This document shows, one piece after another, positions 34,985-44,652 of a stretch of DNA of 64,000 bases. The translations under genes were made by a program, and so were the position numbers. Every line of letters starts with the position of its first letter. The first letter of the stretch is position 1. Source of the DNA: Mustelus asterias (Eukaryota); assembly GCF_964213995.1 (NCBI RefSeq), contig NC_135808.1, positions 23,374,001 to 23,438,000 on the forward strand, in the 5' to 3' direction. The notes below the pieces were generated by a model. The model saw only the letters and a list, made by a program, of their open reading frames with translations. It was not told where the DNA came from and ran no database searches.

Positions 34985-35280
34985 CTCATGGAATGCCTAC
35001 AGAGCAGAAGAGGCCATTCAGCCCATTGAACCTGCACCAACAACAATCCCATCCAGGCCCTATTCCTGTAACCTCACATATATACCCTGTTAAACCCCCT
35101 GACATTAAGGGGCAATTTAGCATCACTAATCCACCTAACCAGCACATCTTTGGACTGTGGGAGGAAACCAGAGAACCCAGAGGAAACCCATGCAGACACA
35201 ATCAGTCACCCAAAGGTGGAATTGAATCTGGCTCCCTGGCACGGTGAGGCAGCAGTGCTGACCACTGTGCCATCATGGCA
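34985..35280 (-). mobile_element. HE1/V-SINE-like SINE (duplicate at ~52842..53137)
   Basis: tRNA-like head and core on the minus strand. Confidence 0.78.
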
Positions 35281-36244
35281 CCCCAATTCAATTCAAACCA
35301 GCAGTTTCAAAACTTAAAGTTTCTCCCTGCCATGTGATTTCCAGAACACCACGAGACTTTGCTTTTCAGTTTTATTACCCAGCAATTAAAGTGAATCCAG
35401 TTCAAAACTAGCAAACAACTCTTCCTCAAGTACCATACAGGTCAGGTGAAGGCAGGCTGGCTCCCTGTCCAAGGGGTATTTATGGCCCTCTTTTGAGAAA
35501 AAAACTCCAAGTCAGTATCAACTATCCGGACAATGCAATATGTTTCCATGTTTTATGAAAGATATGCGTTTCCCAACACATTGAATTGTCCCAGTGTCAT
35601 TCAGAAGTCCCTTATCTCCAATAATATTCCAGCAAATCTCCTCTGCACCCTCTCTAATACGTTGATATTCCTCCTAAAACACTATGACCAGAAGTGGGGT
35701 CAATTCTCCAGCTGGGATCTAATCAATATTTTATCAATGTTCAGCGTGATCTCCTTGCTTTTGTACTCTGTGCCTCTATTTATAAAGCAATGGGGTCCAG
35801 ATGCTTCTTTCACAGTCTCATCACACCTTCCTGCCAGCCTCATACTCACTCAGGTCTCTCTGTTCCTGCAATCCCTTTATAACTGTACCAATCAGTTTAC
35901 ATTACCTCTGTACATTCTTCTGCTCAAACTGCATCACTTCAAATACTTCACTGGATTGTATATCAGCTGCCCTGTGTCTGCCCATTTCACCAACCTGTCT
36001 AATGGAACATTGATTGTGTCTGGATGGGAGACAAAGTGATGGAAGTGAAGCTTCAGTTTCACAGAGTCTTTGTTCAGAGCCTGTCTGAAGTAACTGTGTT
36101 CAGTTCTGGACACCGCACCTCAGGAAGGGGAGATTGGTGTTGGAGAGGGTTCCGATCACCAGAATAATAAAAGGAGGTTAAATGAAAGAGGTTTTTATCC
36201 CCCAGAGTTTATCTGATTGGACAGTTCTCATTGAGGCAGTTTCT

Positions 36245-36307
36245 CAACCTGTTTGTTTCTATTCTGCCGGAGACTGATGACTCACTGAATCTCTTTATTC
36301 TGATTGG
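36245..36307 (+). promoter_or_regulatory. MHC SXY promoter module of gene C
   Basis: CAACCT (class I-type S box), CCGGAGACTGATGACTCA (X1/X2), CTGATTGG (Y). Confidence 0.72.
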
Positions 36308-36430
36308 TTTAAATCCTATTTTGTGTCCAATCAGATTGAGGCTCAGTGTAAACAGGGAAAGACAGAAGGAGTGAGTTGAGAAAATGGCCTTTTGTTTGAA
36401 AAAGAGTTTCCTCCAAATGTTTCTCCCAAC

Positions 36431-39400
36431 ATGAGGGAAGCAGCAATGATTGGACTGATAGAGCTGGTCCTTCTGTGTGGAGAGGTGTCTGCAGGTGAGT
36501 GATGGGGTGTGAGAGGGGCAATGCCAGGCTGGGTACTGGGGCATTAACCCTGGGTCAGTGAGTGATGGGGTGTGAGAGGGGCAAAGCCAGGCTGGGTACT
36601 GGGGCATTAACCCTGGGTCAGTGAGTGATGGGGTGTGAGAGGGGCAATGCCAGGCTGGGTACTGGGGCATTAACCCTGGGTCAGTGAGTGATGGGGTGTG
36701 AGAGGGGCAATGCCAGGCTGGGTACTGGGGCATTAACCCTGGGTCACTGAGTGATGGGGTGTGAGAGGGGCAATGTCAGGCTGGGTGGAGGCCTTGCTCT
36801 CGGTTTGGAATCAGTGTTTTGGGGTTCATGCCCTGATCTCTGTGTGTGTGTGTGTGTGTGTGTGAGGGTGTTGGTGTTTTTAGGGTGTCTATCCTGAATT
36901 CTCTCTCTCTCTATTCCAGGCTCTCACTCTCTCCGGTATTTCTTCACGGGAATGACTCCGATCCCGGGTTTCCCGGAGTTTGTGGCTGTCGGTTATGTGG
37001 ACGGTGTCCAGTTTGTTTTGTACGACAGCGATCGGAGGGAGCTGATCCCCCGGGAGCAGTGGATGGTGGAGAGCGAGGGTCCGGCAGCCTGGGAGCGGAA
37101 GAAGGATCTCGCACAGGAGCAGGAGATGTACTCCAAACTTACTATTCCACTGCTCATGACCCGCACCAACCAGACAGGAGGTGAGTGCTCACTCTCCCAG
37201 CACCCGGGGATCCAGGTGGGAATGAGGAGAAACCCAGAGTGGATCAGGAACCGGGAGCCAGAGGCTGATTGGCTGCGATTGGAGATGTGACAGGAAATGT
37301 GATTGGCTGTGAATGTGTGGAGGGATTGTTTCCAGGGAGGTCTGGCTCTGATTGGCTGTGTGTGAGGGGGGGGGGGGCAGAGTACTTGATGTTGATTGGC
37401 TGGTAGGATGAGATCGCCCAGTGAGACTAGTTCTGATTGGCTGTGCAGGTGGGATCGCCCATTGGGACTGTCTCTGATTGGCTGTTTGTGTTTCTGATCC
37501 TTAGGGATCCATGTTTACCAGCTGATGACTGGCTGTGACCTGAGGGATGATGGGACCACGAGTGGATTCAACCAAAGGGGATGGGACGGAGATGATTTTA
37601 TCAGCTTCGACAAGGATCACATGGTGTGGGTGACCCCGGTGCCCTGGGGAGAGATCACCAAAAACAAGTTGGACAGGAGCACAGTCGACATTCAGCGATG
37701 GAAACATTACCTGGAGGTGGAGTGTATCGAGTGGCTGAGGAAATACCTGGAGTACGGACAGAAAGAATTGAGAGTCTGTGAGTGAGGGGGGAGTGAGAGT
37801 TGGTGAGTGAGGGGGGGGAGTGAGAGTCGGTGAGTGAGGGGTGAGTGAAAGTCGGTGAGTGAGGGGGGGAGTGAGAGGCGGTGAGTGAGGGGGGAGTGAG
37901 AGTCGGTGAGTGAGGGGGGAGTGAGAGTCGGTGAGGGAGGGAGGGAGCGAGAGTCGGTGAGTGAGGGGGGAGTGAGAGTCGGTGAGTGAGGGGAGTGAGA
38001 GTCGGTGAGTGAGGGGGGAGTGAGAGTCAGTGAGTGAGGGGGGAGTGAGAGTCGGTGAGTGAGGGGGGAGTGAGAGTCGGTGAGTGAGGGGGGAGTGAGA
38101 GTCGGTGAGTGAGGGGGGAGTGAGAGTCGGTGAGTGAGAGGGGAGTGAGAGTCGGTGAGTGAGGGGGGAGTGAGAGTCGGTGAGTGAGGGGGGAGTGAGA
38201 GTCGGTGAGTGAGGGGGGAGTGAGAGTCGGTGAGTGAGGGGGGAGTGAGAGTCGGGGAGTGAGAGTCGGTGAGTGAGGGGGGAGTGAGAGTCGGTGAGTG
38301 AGGGGGGAGTGAGAGTCGGTGAGTGAGGGGGGGTGAGAGTCGGTGAGTGAGGGGGGAGTGAGAGTCGGTGAGTGAGGGAGGAGTGAGAGTCGGGGAGTGA
38401 GAGTCGGTGAGTGAGGGGGGAGTGAGAGTCGGTGAGTGAGGGGGGAGTGAGAGTCGGTGAGTGAGGGGAGTGAGAGTCGGTGAGTGAGGGGGGAGTGAGA
38501 GTCGGTGAGTGAGGGGGGGTGAGAGTCGGTGAGTGAGGGGGGAGTGAGAGTCGGTGAGTGAGGGGGGAGTGAGAGTCGGTGAGTGAGGGGGGAGTGAGAG
38601 TCGGTGAGTGAGGGGGGAGTGAGAGTCGGTGAGTGAGAGTCGGTGAGTGAGAGTCGGTGAGTGAGGGGGGAGTGAGAGTCGGTGAGTGAGGGGAGTGAGA
38701 GTCGGTGAGTGAGGGGGGAGTGAGAGTCGGTGAGTGGGGGGGGGTGAGAGTCGGTGAGTGAGGGGGGAGTGAGAGTCGGTGAGTGAGGGGGAGTGAGAGT
38801 CGGTGAAGGGGGTGATGCCGGGACTCTTATCTCGAGGTTCCTGTACTGACTCCTCTTTCTTTCTCTCTCAGTTGCCCCCGTCGTGTCCTTTACCCGTCTG
38901 GGTGATTCTAACCGGCTGTCCTGTGCCGTCACCGGGTTTTACCCTCAAGCCATCGAGGTGAATGTGTGGAGAAACGGAGTGATGATTGATGAGACTCTGT
39001 CCAGTGGGATCTTACCCAATCACGACAGCTCCTACCAGATCCGGAAATGGGTCGAGTTTGATCCAGAGGACCAGGCCGAGTATTCCTGTCGGGTGGAACA
39101 CAGCGGGATGAAGGAGACACTGGTGGTGATTTACGGTAAGACTGTTTCTCACTGTTAGAGAGGACCCAGCCTCAGACCAGGATCACAGGAGGGAGGGTCA
39201 GTGCTGAGCTGTCAACCCAGGATATATAGAGAGGGAAATAAATCTTATTCAATGCGTTATATATCATGGTTCCACAGTGCAACGTGATACAGCGTATCAT
39301 TGGATATTGGGATCGCACTGGACCTGGTGTAACATTGGACACAAGAGTAGGTCTGGGCCTGGTGTATTCTGGGATATTACAGTATGGTGGGGCCCAGTGA

Positions 39401-42378
39401 ACCCTGGGATATTGCAGTAGTACAGACCGTGGTATATCCTGAGATACTCTCGTAGGACACATCCCAGTGAACCCTGGGATATTGCAGTGGTACAGACCGT
39501 GGTGTATCCTGAGATATTCTCGTAGGACAAAAACCAGTGTATCCTGGGATGTTGCAGTGTGTCAGGGTCTGGTGTATCCTGGGATATTACAGGAGGTTGG
39601 GCACCGTGGAATATCAGAGGATGGAGAGAGCCTGGTGTATCCAAGAAACAATGCTTTTCACTGTGTACCAATACATGTGACAATAATAAATCACATCAAA
39701 TATTACAGTAGGACTGGACCCAGTGCATCCTGGAAGTTTGCTTCAGTCAGATTAAGATCAGTATTCAGAGAAATAATGGAATTCCTTCTATTGGAGACAA
39801 TTCATGAAAATCTAGAATCAAATACTATAACAATGAATATTCAGCATGGATTTTGAAATGGAAAATCTTGTTTTACTCCAATTAGTGGATTTTTTGAGGA
39901 TGTAACAAAGGGAATAGACAATGGTAATGTAATAGATATAATATCATATAATTTTTTTAATGTAATAGAAAAGGGGGTTCGTGATGGACTGATTGACAAG
40001 GTGAAAGCATGTGGAGTTAGGGGATGAGTGACAGAATGGATCACTCACTGACTTTGGGACAGAAAACAGAGAGTGTGAGTAAAGGGTGTTTCAGAGTTAC
40101 AGAAAGTGTTCCACAAGGATCAGTGCTGGGATCACCGCTGTTCACAAGTTACACTCCATAACTTGGATATTGGAATCAAAAATACCATTTCTTAATTTGC
40201 AGATAACATCAAATTGGGAGAATTATTTGATTTTGAGGAGAACTGGAATAAATTAATAGGACATGAATAAACTTGAACAAATAGTTGGTAAATAAAGTTC
40301 AGCACAGTTAAACGTGAGGTATTTTTCAGTTAACGATGAATAGGGAGGGTTGAGGAACAAAGGGATCTTGATGTACAAATACACCAATCAGTAAACATAG
40401 AGTTACAGGTTAGACAATAAACAAAATACAATCGAAAACCAGGTTTGATTTCTCCAGGGATAGAATTGTAAAGTAGTGATTTTATTGCTAAATCTGTATC
40501 AAACCTTGGTTAGACCACATTTAAAGACCGTGTGCAGTTCCGGTCACCATTTCATAAAAAGGATATAGAGTCAGGGGAGAGAGTGTGGAGAAGATTTACA
40601 GAGATGATTCCAGAAATGAGTGGGTGGACATCTCAGGAAAGGATTGACCGGCTGGGTCTCTGCTCTCGGGAAAACAGAAGGCTGAGGGTTGACCGAATCG
40701 AGGATTTAAAATTAGGAAAGTTTTTTTTATAGGCCAGACACATCGAGAGTGTTCCTCTTGTGGGAAGAGCATATCCAGTGGCCATCAATACAAGAAACCC
40801 AATGGGGAATTCATGAGAAACCTCTTCACCCAAAGAGTGATGAGAATGTGGAGCTCGCTGCCACAGGGGGTGGCTGAACTGAACAGTATAGTTTAAGGGG
40901 AGGATAGACAAGCAAATGAGGGAAAGGGGAATAGAGTTAAAATGGTTGAATTAGATGAGGAATGATGGGAGAAGGCTCAAGTGGAACATAAATACCAGTA
41001 TCAACTAGATGGGCCGGAAGGCCATTTTCTATGTTGTATATCCTGTGTTTCCTGATTCACTCTCACTCTGATTCTCTCTCACATTTCTCTTTCTTTCACT
41101 CTGATTCACTCTTTCATTCTGTCTCTCTGATCTTTCTCTGTCTCTCATTCTCTCTCTTCCTCACTCTTAGTTGCTCATCCTCTCTCTCATTCTCTCCCAC
41201 TCGCTCACATTCTATTTCTCTCTGAGTCTCACTGTTCCCTCTCCCTGATTCACTCAGTCTCTCACATTCTGTCTCTCTGATTCTCACTTTTTTCTCTCCC
41301 TGACTCACTCAGTCTCTCTGATTCTCTCTCTCTAACAGAACCAAAGTCTCGCTCCCAGGTTGCTGTTACTGTCGGGATTGTGGTCGGGGTCCTCGTGCTC
41401 ATCGCTCTCATCATTGTGGCTGTCGTCATCTACAACAAGAAAGGTAGGAATTGGAGGGAAAAGAGCGGTGGGTGAACTGTAGTGGATCCAGGCAGTCCGG
41501 GAGGCTGGAATTGATTCGTGCCATGACTAGCTTTTCGAATCATTTCATAACGATGGATGTCAGAGCCACCGGATGACAGCTCACTGGGGGCAGGGATTCT
41601 GGGAGAGTATTCCAGGGTGGCGGTGGCTCAGGCTGTGGATCTCAGATTGGTGTGGGGGCGGGGATGGGGGGCTGGTGGTTGTACAGAGTGGGTGGAAGAG
41701 CTGCAGGTTTGGGATAGGGATGGTAAGGGGCTCATGATAAAGGATGAGTGTCTGAGAATTGTGGGAAGGGCCTCAAATTGGGTGAGGAGTTCAGGGTATC
41801 AGTGAGGGCTCAGCTAAGAGTGAGGGTCTAGGGACAGGACGGGAGTGATGGTCCAGGGTCAGGGTGGGAGTGAGGGTCTTGTGTCAGGATGGGAGTGAGG
41901 GTCTCTGGTTGTGGTGGGAGTGAGGGTTCAGAATTGTGTTGTTGGGGCTCAGTGCGAGTGAGAGTTCCAGCCTCTGTCTCTGATTTTCTCTCAGTCTCGT
42001 CACTCACTGAGCATTCCATGTTTTACAGGGAGAGGGAAGAGCAACTACAATCCTGCAAATAGTAAGCTGATCATCAAACATTGTCCCTGTGCAACTGTGT
42101 ACATCATTGTTCATTCTGTTTCAACGTTAGTTTGTGTGTGTGTGTGTGCGTGCATCGTGCGTTTCTGTGTGGGTGTGTGGGCTTCTGTGTGTCGCCGTTA
42201 GTATGGGTGTGTGAGAACCTCTTTCTCTGTGTCTCTCTGTCTCTCTCATTCTCTCTTTATCATATTCACAGTCTCTGCCTCTGTCTCTCTGATGTTGAAC
42301 AATGTTTTAACACCTCTTCTTCCTTTAACAGCTTCTGATGATGGGGATTCCTCATCCAGATCCTCCACAAGTACCTGA
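36431..42378 (+). CDS. MHC class I heavy chain, probably non-classical (gene C); exons 36431..36494, 36920..37180, 37505..37777, 38872..39135, 41339..41443, 42029..42061, 42332..42378
   Basis: Same 7-exon structure and sizes, open frame, canonical class I motifs and cysteines. Confidence 0.93.
36495..36786. repeat. 63-bp tandem repeat in intron 1 of gene C (4 full units plus a partial)
   Basis: Same unit as 18463..18822. Confidence 0.9.
37778..38806. repeat. ~25-bp G-rich minisatellite filling intron 3 of gene C (about 40 units)
   Basis: (GTGAGAGTCGGTGAGTGAGGGGGGA)n. Confidence 0.95.
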
Positions 42379-42769
42379 GGTATGAACTGTGTTGATAAAT
42401 ATTGGGAGCTGATCCTTCTAACTGGGATATTCCCGCTGGATTTAGCTGTACAATCTGGTGGGTGGGCTGTGAGCTCAGTGTCTGTCTCTCGCTCTATAGT
42501 CACTAAAGAGCAGCTCATCCAATCCAACACTGAGCTTTGAGACTGGCCTTCTGGAGACGGCTGTTCCTGTACAGTCTGAGGGTGGAGACATTGTGGGTGT
42601 TGAGGTGTCGAGACATCCGGAAACATCTCACCCTGGACAGCCTCCTCTGAGCTGCTCAATTTCCTGAAGGAATTTGTAACTCCCAGACTTTTCCCTGAAG
42701 TTGGTCACTGAGCTGTGCCGCTCCCACAGGTTTTTATTTTAGTCGTGTTTTGTGATGAGTCTGATCATT

Positions 42770-43744
42770 AGCTGGATGTTTGGGGCGTGGAGTAGAGTTT
42801 AGGAGTTAAGCTGGTGATTGGTGGTCTGATGGGTTTCGCTGGTGTTTTGTATTCTATTGGGTTTTGCTGGTGTTTGGGGCTCTGATGGGTTTAGCTGGTG
42901 TTTGGGGTCCTGATGGGTTTAGCTGGTGTTTGGGGATCTGATGGGTTTTGCTGGTGTTTGGGGGTCTGATGGGTTTTGCTGGTGTTTGGGGCTCCGATGG
43001 GTTTTGCTGGTGTTTGGGGCTCTGATATGTTTTGCTGGTGTTTGGGGGTCTGATGGGTTTAACTGGTGTCAGGGAGTCTGATGGGTTTAGCTGGTGTTTG
43101 GGGCTCTGATGGGTGTAGCTGGTGTTTGGGTTTCTGCTGGGTTATCTGGTGTTTGGAGGTCTGATGGATTGAGCTGGTGTTTGGGGCTCTGATGGGTTAG
43201 CTGATGCTTGGGGTCTGATGGGTTTTGCTGGCGTTTGGGGGTCTGATGGGTTTTGCTGGTGTTTGGGGTCTGATGGGATTTGCTGGTGTTTGGGGCTCTG
43301 ATGGGTTGAGCTGGTGTTTGGGGCTCTGATGGGTTCAGCTGGTGTTTGGGGCTCTGATGGGTTTCGCTCGTGTTTGGGGCTCTAATGGGTTTTGCTGGTG
43401 TTTGAGGGTCCGATGGGTTTCGCTGGTGTTTGGGGATCTGATGGGTTTTGTTGGTGTTTGGGGCTCTGATGGGTTTAGCTGGTGTTTGGAGGTCTGATGG
43501 GTTTTGCTGGTGTTTGGGGCTCTGATGGGTTTAGCTGGTGATTGGTGCTCTGATGGTTTAGCTGGTGTTTGGGGCTCTGATGGGTTTAACTGGTGTTTAG
43601 GGCTCTTGTGGGTTTTGCTGGTGTTTGGGGCTCCGAAGGGTGTTGCTGGTGTTAGGGGCTTTTGTGGGTTTAGCTGCTGTTTGGGGCTCTGATGGGTTTC
43701 GCTGGTGTTTCGGGGGTCTGATGGGTTTTGCTGGTGTTTGTGGT
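42770..43744. repeat. ~29-bp satellite downstream of gene C (uninterrupted)
   Basis: (CTGATGGGTTTAGCTGGTGTTTGGGGCT)n. Confidence 0.92.
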
Positions 43745-44652
43745 CATAGAGTCATAGAGGTTTATAGCATGGAAACAGGCCCTTCGACCCAACTTGTCCA
43801 TGCCGCCCTTATATGTTTTTAAAAACCCCTAAACTAATCCCAATTGCTCGCATTTGGCCCATATCCCTCTATACCCATCGTACCCATGTAACTATCTAAA
43901 TGCTTTTGAAAAGATAAAATTGTACCTGCCTCTACTACTACCTCTGGCAGCTTGTTCCAGACACTCACTATCCTCTGTGTGAAAAAATTGCGCCTCTGGA
44001 CAGTTTTGCATCTCTCCCCTCTCACCTTAAACCTATGCCCTCTAGTTTTAGACTCCCCGACCTTTGGGAAAAGATATTGACTATCTACCTTGTCTATGCC
44101 CCTCATTATTTTATAGACCTCTAGAAGGTCACCCCTTAGCCTCCTACACTCCAGAGAAAAAGTCCCAGTCTATTCAGCCTCTCCTCAAAACTCAATCCAT
44201 CAAGTCCCGGTACCATCCTAGTAAATCTTTTCTGCACTCTTTCTAGTTTAATAATATCCTTTCTATATTAGGGTCGACAGAATTGCACACAGCATTCCAA
44301 GTGTGGCCTTACCAATTCCGTGTACAACTTCAACAAGACGTCCCAACTCCTGTATTCAATGTTCTGACCAATGAAACCAAGCATGCCGAATGCCTTCTTC
44401 ACCACTCTGTCCACCTGTGACTCCACTTTCAAGGAGTTATGAACATGCACTCCGAGATCTCTTTGTTCTGTAACTCTCCCCAACGCCCGACCATTAACTG
44501 AGTAACTCCTGCCCTGGTTCAATCTACCAAAATGCATTACCTCGCATTTGTCGAAATGAAACTCCATCTGCCATTCGCCGGCCCACTGGCCCAATTGATC
44601 AAGATCCCGCTGCAATTGGAGATAACCTTCCTCACTGTCCACCATGCCACAA
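43745..44652 (-). mobile_element. CR1 LINE 3' fragment (same insertion as 1297..2212 and 62806..63720)
   Basis: ORF 44268..44645 nearly identical to 1309..1680. Confidence 0.87.

Noticed and set aside
34303-35247. 314-aa ORF
   Set aside because: Chance fusion of CR1 C-terminus, UTR and antisense SINE; split in the paralogous copy.
35533-36039. 168-aa hydrophobic ORF conserved at 53390..53896
   Set aside because: Antisense to a decayed CR1; conservation is explained by the recent segmental duplication.
38027-38932. 301-aa Pro/Ser/Thr/His-rich ORF (and similar ORFs at 11308, 55156, 55419)
   Set aside because: Antisense translation of the 25-bp intron 3 minisatellite.
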